A stretch of DNA of 64,000 nt from an uncultured Nitrospirales bacterium (GTDB lineage: Bacteria > Nitrospirota > Thermodesulfovibrionia > UBA6902 > BMS3Bbin08): assembly GCA_964574765.1 (NCBI GenBank), contig CAZNPC010000001.1, positions 28,720-92,719 of the forward strand. Direction: 5' to 3'. Below, piece by piece: positions 19,107-28,279 of the stretch (the first letter of the stretch is position 1; the number at the start of each line of letters is the position of its first letter). Below the pieces are notes generated by a model. The model saw only the letters and a list, made by a program, of their open reading frames with translations, did not search any database and had not been told where the DNA came from. The position numbers and the translations under genes were made by a program.

Positions 19107-19261
19107 TTTCGCTCCTCAATATAGTTCATAGCCTTCGACCCGAGCTCAGGCCGAGGGTTTGATAGTTCATAGCTCATAGCTCATAGTAAAAACACTTAAA
19201 ATAGCCTTTAGTTCATAGTTGATATTATAGTTTATAGGTTAAACTTATAATAGCATATTCT
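19107..19261. repeat. intergenic repeat family A (AGCTCATAG / CTATGAGCT palindromic ends), copy between uxs and GT2
   Basis: The stretch gatagctcatagtaaaaaca(c/t)ttaaaatagcc(t/c)ttagttca(t/c)agtt(g/a)atattatagt is about 92% identical to 58606-58668. Related copies lie at 4056-4177 and 18164-18177 (perfect 14-bp palindrome CTATGAGCTCATAG). Confidence 0.6.
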
Positions 19262-20311
19262 CTAGCCGTCAGGGCTGCAATTTCCGGACTTTTCAGTCTT
19301 TGAAAGCCGCACAAACTCTTTGAACGCTAAAGTGAATGAAACTATGACTGATTGTCTAAATAAATAGCTGTCTTTGACCTTTCTCCTTGCCTGTATTTCC
19401 CTTCTCTTTCTCATCAACTCAGGCAGGTATCTGAGAAAAGAAAAATACGCCTTGATCATCAAAAAGGCCGATCTGAACTCCAGCTTTAAAAAAAAACCGA
19501 GCATTTTTACAAAATGATAAGGCAGTGACACAAACAAAGCGATAAACACGTTATGGAGCTGATAGTTCTTGACTATATTAAAAAGGGCGTTCCTTGTGCC
19601 GTAAAACACCCTTACCGGCACATCACGTTCTGTGCCTGAGGTCCCGCCGAACTTATGGTAGATCACAGACTCAGGCACATATTCCACTTTTTTGCCAAAA
19701 AGCCAGTATCTCCAGCAGAGGTCTGTATCCTCAAAATACATGAAATGTTCCTCATCAAAACCGCCTATTCCCAGGAATTCCTCTTTTCTGACCATCATGG
19801 CAGCCGCGCACACGCACCCCCTGAACCTTCTGACATTATATTTTTCAGAATCCTTATCCATAAAACCTATGTCAAAGCCACTGCCTGTGATAATGATGCT
19901 GGCGCCTGCTGAGTTCACTGTGTCAGGCCTGTCAAGAAGCAGTATCTTGCTTCCAACCGCGCCGACATTTTTGTCTTTCATTAGCGCGTCAACAAGCGGG
20001 TTCAGCCAGCCCGGGGTCACAACAGTGTCATTGTTCAGGAACATTACGTACTCGCCTGCGGCATTCCCGGCCCCGATATTATTCGCCTTTGCAAAGCCCG
20101 TGTTTTCATCAAGTGCAATGACCCTTACCCATGGAAAGTTTTCCCTTGTGAACTCAACACTTCCGTCTGATGAGGCATTATCTATCATAATGGTCTCGAT
20201 CTTATCAAGGGGGTAATTGCTCTGTTTCAGTGAGTCAAAACATTTTCTCAGGTACTCGATCCCGTTATAATTAACTATAACTATCGAAACGCCTGGAATT
20301 AATTCAGTCAT
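19262..20311 (-). CDS. GT2 family glycosyltransferase
   Basis: VSIVIVNYNGIEYLRKCFDSL ... IMIDNASSDGS ... FLNNDT. Confidence 0.8.
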   Translation of the reverse strand: MTELIPGVSIVIVNYNGIEYLRKCFDSLKQSNYPLDKIETIMIDNASSDGSVEFTRENFPWVRVIALDENTGFAKANNIGAGNAAGEYVMFLNNDTVVTPGWLNPLVDALMKDKNVGAVGSKILLLDRPDTVNSAGASIIITGSGFDIGFMDKDSEKYNVRRFRGCVCAAAMMVRKEEFLGIGGFDEEHFMYFEDTDLCWRYWLFGKKVEYVPESVIYHKFGGTSGTERDVPVRVFYGTRNALFNIVKNYQLHNVFIALFVSLPYHFVKMLGFFLKLEFRSAFLMIKAYFSFLRYLPELMRKRREIQARRKVKDSYLFRQSVIVSFTLAFKEFVRLSKTEKSGNCSPDG

Positions 20312-20376
20312 ACATTCAATCCTGTCATGATCTTTCTATATTTCATGTCCCGCACAATCGTAAAAAACAGATTTAT

Positions 20377-21765
20377 CTACTTTTTTATAAGGCCGAAAAA
20401 TATAAGTGGTTTTTTGACCGCCTCCTTGATGTGCGGATGGCGCAGGAAAAAAGGCATCATCTTTGTTCCTAATCCAAGCAACAAGCTGTTCCTCATAACA
20501 GGGCTGTCCATGCCCACTGATTCCATCAGGGCGCGGTTGAGAAATTTATAGTCCACACCTTTTATTTTGGCCTCGGTCGGATTTCTTCGGTAACTGTCAT
20601 GACTTTTGATCAGGGACAGATTATGTTCCATACAATATTTGAACAGATCGCTGCCCGGATGGGGCGTATAAAATGCCGGGCTGTAGTGTTCCGGTTTAAT
20701 GGTCTGTATCATCTTTATGGTATCCATCACCTCTTCTCTGGTTTCAGTCGGGATTCCCATCATATAATTGGCCCATATTTCAACGCCGTACTTTCTGCAG
20801 ATTTCCGCACTTTTGAAATTATGCTCCACTTTCGTTCCTTTACGAAGAAAATTTAATACCCTCTGATTTCCGCTTTCAAATCCGATAAACATCAACTTAA
20901 GACCGGCATCTGACATAAGCGCTATCATGTCTTCATTGCGACAGATTATATCAGCCCTGCTCTGACAGGCAAACGGCTGATTAAATCCCTTTTCCCTGTA
21001 CAGCCTGCAAAATTCGATTACCCAAGGCCTGTCTTCGGTAATGCAGTCATCATGGATCATCATGCTTTTGAAGTTATACTTTTCGTTTAGCATACACAGT
21101 TCCTCGATGACATTTGAAGGACTGCGGCGCCTTACCTTTTTCCCAAATATTAATCTCTCAGCCGGCTGGCAATAATTACAATTAAATTTACATCCCCTGC
21201 CCGCGATCAACGTCACAAACGGCCTCTCAAAGCCTTTAACAGGGAGAGGATATTCCAGATCTTTGAACAGATCTCTGTCTATAAAAGAAAGTTTGTCAAG
21301 GTCTTCAGGAAACACACCTTTAATTACCCGCGGCGGTTTGTTGCCTTTTTCAGTATCCCTTAATAGTTCAACAAATGATATCTCTCCTTCTCCTGTTATA
21401 ATATGATCAACCGCTGTTTCTTTTATCAGCTCTTCCGGTACTATGGTCGGGTGGGGCCCTCCGGCAACCGTTACAGTCTGCGGAGAAATTTTTTTTATTA
21501 TATTTATGGCCTTCATGGCCGGATTATAATCCACGCTCATCATGGTCACGCCGACCACATCCGGCTTTTTTTCAGAGATGATCTTTCTGAAGTGTTTCCA
21601 ACTCTTTAGACAACGCAGGTCGATCAGCTCGGTTTTATATCCCTGATCCCGTGCGTAAGCGCTAATACTGCATAACCCGTGGCTTATCCAGGACTCCTCC
21701 ATCCCGTTTCCATAACTGTTAAACCCTATGCCCGATATACCGGGGAACAATAAAATCGTTTTCAT
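20377..21765 (-). CDS. B12-binding-domain radical SAM protein (class B), second copy
   Basis: N-terminal Rossmann/B12-like domain, then CX3CX2C (GCKFNCNYC). 462 aa. Paralogous in architecture to 14503-15948. Confidence 0.75.
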   Translation of the reverse strand: MKTILLFPGISGIGFNSYGNGMEESWISHGLCSISAYARDQGYKTELIDLRCLKSWKHFRKIISEKKPDVVGVTMMSVDYNPAMKAINIIKKISPQTVTVAGGPHPTIVPEELIKETAVDHIITGEGEISFVELLRDTEKGNKPPRVIKGVFPEDLDKLSFIDRDLFKDLEYPLPVKGFERPFVTLIAGRGCKFNCNYCQPAERLIFGKKVRRRSPSNVIEELCMLNEKYNFKSMMIHDDCITEDRPWVIEFCRLYREKGFNQPFACQSRADIICRNEDMIALMSDAGLKLMFIGFESGNQRVLNFLRKGTKVEHNFKSAEICRKYGVEIWANYMMGIPTETREEVMDTIKMIQTIKPEHYSPAFYTPHPGSDLFKYCMEHNLSLIKSHDSYRRNPTEAKIKGVDYKFLNRALMESVGMDSPVMRNSLLLGLGTKMMPFFLRHPHIKEAVKKPLIFFGLIKK

Positions 21766-22829
21766 TTCCCGCCTCTTCCTGAAAATCTCCCTAAAATTTT
21801 CTCCACAACAGCGCGTCTAATGTTACTGAAAAAAAAGCGCTCCATGTATTCAGCAGATACTTTTTTTCTTTTCTGTATTTGAGTTCGTTTTCTTAGCATT
21901 AGCGGCACATACCTTAATGTCATAAACGGAACTTTCAATACAAACAGGTTCCCTTCAATCACCTTGGTGAAATAAAAACCTGTCTCTATAATCAGTATCC
22001 ATATGATATTTTTCAATGAACTCAGAAAGATGGCGTTTTTTATAATAGCAAGGCTCCTGTTGCGATAACCAATAAGAATATACTCTTTTTTCATTGTAGA
22101 ATTATTATGTCTGGTAGCTCCTCTGTTATGATAAGCAATCGCCGTCGGCGTATAAAGGGCCTTCCATCCGTACAATTGCGCGCGCCAGCATAGATCTACA
22201 TCTTCGAAATATATATAAAAGTCCTCATCAAAATATTCATCAAACAGTTTGATGTCTTCAAGCATATTTCTGCTCAGGAGAGGGGCAGCGCCTGAAGCGC
22301 CAAAAATATAATCTGCCTCATTATGATCACCGCTGTCAGTTTCATTGTTGTCTCTGTCTGAAGCAAACATCCCAAGCATTGTTATTCCAGTTGAATCTAT
22401 TATGTTTGTTCTTTTCTCATCTTTCAGAACATAAAGTTTTCCTGATACAATGCCAATCCCCGTTGCAGATTCAATAGCTTTAACCATCTCTTGAACAAAA
22501 TTAGGGGCAAGCACAATGTCAAAGTTAAGTGGAAGAATCAATTCACCTGATGATATTCTTATAGCCTGGTTATGCGCCTTGCTGAATCCTTCATTCCCGG
22601 CATTGGCTATAAGCCTTATTTCCGGATAATTATCAGAAAGAAATCTGACTGAGTCATCTGATGAATTATTGTCAATGATATTGATTTCAATATTTTCATA
22701 GGTCTGAGACTTTATAGATTCAATACAATTCCTTAAATAATTCAGGCCATTCCAGTTAACTATATTTATTGAAACAAGCTTCAATGTTTTCCCCCTAATA
22801 TCAGCTTTATTGTCAACTATCTGTTCCAT
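21762..22829 (-). CDS. GT2 family glycosyltransferase
   Basis: VSINIVNWNGLNYLRNCIESIKSQTY ... IIDNNSSDDS. Overlaps the rSAM stop by 4 nt. Confidence 0.75.
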   Translation of the reverse strand: MEQIVDNKADIRGKTLKLVSINIVNWNGLNYLRNCIESIKSQTYENIEINIIDNNSSDDSVRFLSDNYPEIRLIANAGNEGFSKAHNQAIRISSGELILPLNFDIVLAPNFVQEMVKAIESATGIGIVSGKLYVLKDEKRTNIIDSTGITMLGMFASDRDNNETDSGDHNEADYIFGASGAAPLLSRNMLEDIKLFDEYFDEDFYIYFEDVDLCWRAQLYGWKALYTPTAIAYHNRGATRHNNSTMKKEYILIGYRNRSLAIIKNAIFLSSLKNIIWILIIETGFYFTKVIEGNLFVLKVPFMTLRYVPLMLRKRTQIQKRKKVSAEYMERFFFSNIRRAVVEKILGRFSGRGGK

Positions 22830-24264
22830 CTTTCCTCTTAAATATTAAATTCAGCATTTTCCCTGTCCGGCGCTTAAACACATTTAAAACCATTTTGGTT
22901 AGTATACCCGCAAGTGCAATAATTCTGACAAAAAAAGGGATTTTACGGCCAAGCCGCCAAATCGTAAAGAATGCTTCAGACGGATTATTCCGTGTCATTT
23001 GCGTTATAAGTGAATATGCCCGATTCCTTTTACCATGTGCAAACGCAAAGGGCAAAAGCCATTCAGCGAGTTGACATTTATCGCTACAGTACCGACTAAT
23101 TCCGCCCTCAATATCATCATAGTCAATAAGGCCGCTTCCTGCTTTACTACTCAGCTCTGACCACACTTTCCCTGCAAGATATGAATTGTGCTTGCGCAAA
23201 AGAATACTAAAAAAAAGATTGTCCAACTGCCTCCCGCTTAAGCTGTCAGGGCCAAGACGATATTCATACATACATGTAACTTTATTAATATGCTGGAAAT
23301 CATACGACCTGGCCGCCTTTGTCCACAGGTCCCAATCCATGGCATTTGGTAAGTCCCTCTCAAAAAGGCCGACATTCTCAAAACAGTCTCTTCGATGAGC
23401 CATGCATAGAATAGGAATATAGTTGTTTTCAGCAAATCGTCCCGGATCGAAATCATACGAAAATTCCACTGCTTCTGACTTATGTTTCCATTCTCCGTCT
23501 ATATATACTTTGACAATACGTCGGGCATCGGTATAGGCAAAAGATGATGATTCCAGGGCCGTGACGAGATTCTGCAAATGGTCCGGAAAATATTGGTCAT
23601 CATCATCTAAATAGGCAATATATTTTGACCTGGATGCCAGAATTCCCTGATTAAGAGCATGTGACAGGCCGCCGTGTTCAACATATAGATACCGGATCTT
23701 ATCTGAGTGAAATGATTCAATAACAGCTTCGCATTCTCTTGAACCTCCATCATTAACAATGATTATCTCAAAGTCCTTAAAAGTCTGGTTCAGAACGCTC
23801 TCAATAGCCCTCTTAATATATTGGGCGCGGTTATAAGTCGGCATAATTACACTTATGGTACGCTCAGGAGGGTTATCAGTAAAAGCCTGCCGGATCAGGG
23901 ACAATTCCTTTTCTTTGACACTGGTGTATTTAGCCATAAGGCGGTCATACCTCATAACGGCATCACTGTTATCATCTTCAAGCAGTAATGCCTCTGCAGA
24001 ACAGATTGCAGCATAAATACTGCCTTTACTTTCAAAGTAGTTCAGTAAAAATGTCCAGGCAGTTGAATCCGCGGTCCCAAGCACGACTTTAGCCTTGGCA
24101 TCAATGAATTGAAACTCAGGGTTCAGGTCAATTTGCCGTCCGGCGGCAGAGAGGAACTTCGTGTAGTTTTCACCTGTAGGTCTGGCAGTTAAATTGCGAA
24201 CAGTATAGTCTGCCTCATCCGTACTGACGGCATCTGTTTTGTTTTTACTGTCCATAACACTCAC
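22813..24264 (-). CDS. GT2 family glycosyltransferase with N-terminal extension
   Basis: ISVIMPTYNRAQYIKRAIESVLNQTF ... IIVNDGGSRE ... YLDDDD. Confidence 0.75.
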   Translation of the reverse strand: MSVMDSKNKTDAVSTDEADYTVRNLTARPTGENYTKFLSAAGRQIDLNPEFQFIDAKAKVVLGTADSTAWTFLLNYFESKGSIYAAICSAEALLLEDDNSDAVMRYDRLMAKYTSVKEKELSLIRQAFTDNPPERTISVIMPTYNRAQYIKRAIESVLNQTFKDFEIIIVNDGGSRECEAVIESFHSDKIRYLYVEHGGLSHALNQGILASRSKYIAYLDDDDQYFPDHLQNLVTALESSSFAYTDARRIVKVYIDGEWKHKSEAVEFSYDFDPGRFAENNYIPILCMAHRRDCFENVGLFERDLPNAMDWDLWTKAARSYDFQHINKVTCMYEYRLGPDSLSGRQLDNLFFSILLRKHNSYLAGKVWSELSSKAGSGLIDYDDIEGGISRYCSDKCQLAEWLLPFAFAHGKRNRAYSLITQMTRNNPSEAFFTIWRLGRKIPFFVRIIALAGILTKMVLNVFKRRTGKMLNLIFKRKDGTDS

Positions 24265-24294
24265 TTACTCACAATATAATTGAATTCAAAAGCA

Positions 24295-25335
24295 TTATCT
24301 TTCGCCGGTTTCTCCTGTAGAGTCATTAACCTGATTGCGCTGAAAACGTAATTTTATAGATCGTAAAACATCGATCAGGGGCCTGGGCAGTAACGTAAGT
24401 ATCAAACATGCAGTAAAAAGCAGCCATGAGCGTCTGTACAAGGGGTTATTAATTACAGATCTCCATATTAATTTCAAAGCGCCCCTGTAGTCTTTTCCGC
24501 CGAACAGCACTGTGGCCCAGAAGTAATAATTTTGAGCAATTTCTTTTTTACTTTGAGACGAGAACCCTGGGATTGCATTATCAATAAAACTGTCGATTTC
24601 TTTCTCACTCATGGTCTGTAATCTGTCTTCCCCGTTTTGTCTTCTTTCTTTGGCCATCATAACAGCAAGACATGCATATTTATCCTGCATAGTTTTCCTG
24701 TTTACAGATATCGCACCGGGATTCACTCTCCATTTGTAAAGCGGTTCAGGTATATTGGCAATATCATACATCTCGGAAATGCGGAGCCAGAGATCGTAAT
24801 CCTGCGATGATTTAAATTCTTCCCGGTATAATCCAGACTTTCCCAGACATTCCCTTCTGAACATAACCGTTCCGTGCCCAAATTGATTTGTTGTTAACAA
24901 CTTCTCCTTCAATTCTCTTCGATCAGTTAAAGGCCTTACTTCATGAAGGACATTACCTTTTTCATTTATCATCAGATAATACGTGCCTACAAGACCGACT
25001 TCATTGTTTTCATTCAGAAAATTAACCTGTTTCTCAAACCGATCAGGTATGGATACGTCATCCGCGTCCATACGGGCGATATATTGTCCGTTGGACATAT
25101 TAATTCCCTTATTGAGCGACTTGGTCAGACCAATGTTTTTGTCATTTTCAATGAGCCTGATTCTGGGGTCCCTATATGATTCTAGGATCTCTTTTGTTCC
25201 GTCATTTGAACCGTCATTAATTATTAAGAATTCAAAATCTTCAAATTTCTGGCTCAGGATGCTGTCAACAGCTTCCCTGAGAAACTGTTCTCCGTTATAA
25301 ACAGACATTAATACTGTTACTTTAGGGACTTTCAT
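24295..25335 (-). CDS. GT2 family glycosyltransferase
   Basis: VTVLMSVYNGEQFLREAVDSILSQKF ... LIINDGSNDGT ... RMDADD. Confidence 0.8.
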   Translation of the reverse strand: MKVPKVTVLMSVYNGEQFLREAVDSILSQKFEDFEFLIINDGSNDGTKEILESYRDPRIRLIENDKNIGLTKSLNKGINMSNGQYIARMDADDVSIPDRFEKQVNFLNENNEVGLVGTYYLMINEKGNVLHEVRPLTDRRELKEKLLTTNQFGHGTVMFRRECLGKSGLYREEFKSSQDYDLWLRISEMYDIANIPEPLYKWRVNPGAISVNRKTMQDKYACLAVMMAKERRQNGEDRLQTMSEKEIDSFIDNAIPGFSSQSKKEIAQNYYFWATVLFGGKDYRGALKLIWRSVINNPLYRRSWLLFTACLILTLLPRPLIDVLRSIKLRFQRNQVNDSTGETGER

Positions 25336-25363
25336 ATCATATTCTTTAATTCATTTCTCCCAT

Positions 25364-27130
25364 TTACAACTGAATACCATTCTCCCTGAGCCAGACAAGA
25401 AGAACGAATATTTTCCAGTGATTATAATCAGGTTTGCCTAACAGTAGATGTTTTTTTAAACTTTCAATATATAAAGGCTTAACCAACTTTAACAGATTGG
25501 AACTTTCCTGATTGATTATCTCAAGCAGTTTTGTTTTAAATACATCCTCACCCATCCAGTACCGGACAGGTGCGCCAAATCCCATTTTCGGCCTTTCAAG
25601 AAAATCATCAGACATATCTCCAGACAATATTTCTTTAATAATAATCTTGCTTTTTTTGCTTGTCACTTTATCAGCCAGTGATAGTGCGTTTACAAAATTC
25701 ACAAGTTCATGGTCAAGAAAAGGGCATCTGGCCTCAAGACCGTTTGCCATCGAAGCAATATCCACTTTCTTGAAAAGATTATCAGGCAGTCTCTGATGCT
25801 GTTCATGAAAGATAATATCTTCTATCGAATTCAGCACAAGCTCATCAAAGTGTTCAAGCAATCCTGAGAGATCCAGATCGTAATTGAGCCTCAGTTCCTC
25901 TATAGAGCTGAAAGCCATCATATCCTGGTATTTACTCTTAAGGCTGATCTCTTTTGCGGGTCTGCCTTTTGCCAGATTTTTCAGGAAGGACAGGAATTTT
26001 AAATATTGTTTCATTAGATCGGCATACCGTGCGTATCCTCCAAACAGTTCATCACCGCCCTCACCTGTTAGAACAACTTTGAGGCTTTTAGACGCAAAAT
26101 CCGAGATCATGTACGTCGGCACACAGGCAGAATCCCCAAATGGCTCGGAATAACACGAAATTATCCTCTCGATTGCACGAAAATCAGGATTAATATCAAT
26201 GATATTGGGCTTTACGCCATATTTTTCGCTAGCGCGGCTAATATATTCATATTCGCTAATGTATGAACCAAACGTCGCAGAGAACGTTCTTATGTCGGGT
26301 TTTAATTTTGACGCATACTTTAAAACAGTTGTTGAATCAAGCCCACCGCTCAGAAATATGCCGACTTCCACATCAGCAATAAGATGTCTTTTTACAGCTT
26401 TTTCGAGCAAATACGAGGTATTATCCAGAATTTCGTGAAATTTCAGTTTTTCAATCCCGGATTCAGTATCATGGACAGAATATTTTCTAACTTTAATTCC
26501 ACTGGAATCAACAACAATGTAACTTTGGGGGGGCAGTTTATAAACATTTTTATATACAGCATGAGGTGCGGGAATGTAATTATAAAAAAAATAAAATGCA
26601 AGAGCCGACGCATTTAGCTCCATATCAACTTCCCTATGGTTTCGCAGAGCCTTCATTTCACTGGCAAATATAAAGTCTTTACCCGGGATGTAATAATATT
26701 CAAACGGTTTTTGACCAAATCTGTCTCTTGCGCAATATAAAATGTTTTCCTGAAAATCATAAATAGCAAGTGCAAACATACCGTTCAACATTCCGAACGC
26801 ATCAACCCCGTATGTTTCAAACAAATGAAGGATTACCTCAGTATCAGTTTTTGTCTTGAACTGGTGTAAAGTTAACTTATCCTTTAACTCACTGTAATTA
26901 TAAATTTCTCCATTAAATATAATGCACAACTCATTGTTTTCGTTGAAAATCGGCTGATTGCCAGTTTCGAGGTCTATAATTGACAGACGCCTGAAGCCAA
27001 GAGCTACATTATCTTTAATAAAGAAGCCTTTATCATCAGGACCCCTGTGCACAAGTGCAGAGGTCATTTTCTTTATAGAGTCACCGTCAGCCTTATTTCC
27101 AAATGAAAACTGACCTGCAATTCCGCACAT
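25364..27130 (-). CDS. asnB: asparagine synthetase (glutamine-hydrolysing) homologue, probable sugar-acid amidotransferase (WbpS-like role)
   Basis: N-terminal MCGIAGQF (class II amidotransferase catalytic Cys2). PP-loop SGGLDS. 588 aa. Located inside the glycan locus. Confidence 0.8.
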   Translation of the reverse strand: MCGIAGQFSFGNKADGDSIKKMTSALVHRGPDDKGFFIKDNVALGFRRLSIIDLETGNQPIFNENNELCIIFNGEIYNYSELKDKLTLHQFKTKTDTEVILHLFETYGVDAFGMLNGMFALAIYDFQENILYCARDRFGQKPFEYYYIPGKDFIFASEMKALRNHREVDMELNASALAFYFFYNYIPAPHAVYKNVYKLPPQSYIVVDSSGIKVRKYSVHDTESGIEKLKFHEILDNTSYLLEKAVKRHLIADVEVGIFLSGGLDSTTVLKYASKLKPDIRTFSATFGSYISEYEYISRASEKYGVKPNIIDINPDFRAIERIISCYSEPFGDSACVPTYMISDFASKSLKVVLTGEGGDELFGGYARYADLMKQYLKFLSFLKNLAKGRPAKEISLKSKYQDMMAFSSIEELRLNYDLDLSGLLEHFDELVLNSIEDIIFHEQHQRLPDNLFKKVDIASMANGLEARCPFLDHELVNFVNALSLADKVTSKKSKIIIKEILSGDMSDDFLERPKMGFGAPVRYWMGEDVFKTKLLEIINQESSNLLKLVKPLYIESLKKHLLLGKPDYNHWKIFVLLVWLRENGIQL

Positions 27131-27134
27131 TATC

Positions 27135-28253
27135 TCAATTAACCTCCTGTGCTCCCAACGCTTTTAAAACTCGCCTTGCAAGATTTCTAAACGGAGCAAA
27201 AATACTGCTGTAGTAGATTTTGCCAAGAAAAGAATTATCTAGGTGAAGCCTCAATGGTATGCTCATATATAGATTGATCGGACACAAAATGCAATAGTCA
27301 AATAGTTCCTCCCTAAACTTATTCCATTTTTCACTTTGCCATATATCAACTAGGTCTGAATCAAAAATATTACCCATAACGGGCTCATGCGAGTACTCAA
27401 CCATGTTGCATGGGTGTACATCTCCATTTGCAAGAATTAGCGCAAAGTTTTTTGGCCGTTGGCATGGAGTCATCTTAGCCTCTTTCGGCCTGTAAATTCC
27501 CTTAGCAAAATTTGCGATGGAGGTGATCTTTTCGCTGTAGCAGCTTTCTAGCGTAGAGATAGCATCTTGTCTAACTGAAGCCGGTAATTTTTTACAGAAA
27601 TCAATGGCCTTTGGCAGAGTATTTTCTTTAAAATCTGCGATTTCATTTTTATTGAGCAAAAATTTCTTATCAAAGTCTCCTTCAAGGTAAGTAAACGCTA
27701 TCGTTTGAGAGCCTAGATTATAATGAAGCTCTATCAGCTCAGGAAGAGATTTATAGTTTTCCCTCATAAGAAGTGTCTGAGTTATAACGCTGAATTTCGG
27801 GTATCTCTTCCTGAGTTCAGCAAATATTCGTACTGCACTTGTTGCCTTCTTCCATAAGCCAGGATTACACCTCATTTTGTCATGAGCATCCGGGTATGGG
27901 CTATAAAGTGATATGGCTATAGAATCTAAACCAGCCCGTAAAAGTTCGTATGCATATGCTTCTGTTATCTGACTCCCATTAGAGTTTAAATTAACGTACC
28001 AGCCTTTTCCTTTGGCTGCACTAATTAAGTCTGTCAAGCGCTTATAAAGCGTTGGTTCTCCGCCGCTGATATCAAGCCGTCTGGTTCCAAGCGATTCAGC
28101 GTTATCAAAGACCTTAAGCCATTGTTCAACTGACAACGACTTTCTTTTAATCAGTTCCTTATGGAGATCTTTTCTAAATGAGCATGTTGGACAGTTAGAC
28201 GTACACGCCAAAGTAGGTTTAATTACTAGTTGTTCAAGTTTATATTTAGTCAT
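27135..28253 (-). CDS. radical SAM protein with C-terminal auxiliary Cys cluster (SPASM/twitch-like)
   Basis: CX3CX2C (CTSNCPTC) near the N-terminus. C-terminal Cys-rich segment (PC...HPC...YCILC). Confidence 0.7.
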   Translation of the reverse strand: MTKYKLEQLVIKPTLACTSNCPTCSFRKDLHKELIKRKSLSVEQWLKVFDNAESLGTRRLDISGGEPTLYKRLTDLISAAKGKGWYVNLNSNGSQITEAYAYELLRAGLDSIAISLYSPYPDAHDKMRCNPGLWKKATSAVRIFAELRKRYPKFSVITQTLLMRENYKSLPELIELHYNLGSQTIAFTYLEGDFDKKFLLNKNEIADFKENTLPKAIDFCKKLPASVRQDAISTLESCYSEKITSIANFAKGIYRPKEAKMTPCQRPKNFALILANGDVHPCNMVEYSHEPVMGNIFDSDLVDIWQSEKWNKFREELFDYCILCPINLYMSIPLRLHLDNSFLGKIYYSSIFAPFRNLARRVLKALGAQEVN

Positions 28254-28279
28254 CTTTTATTCTTCCCTGAGTTAAAAAG

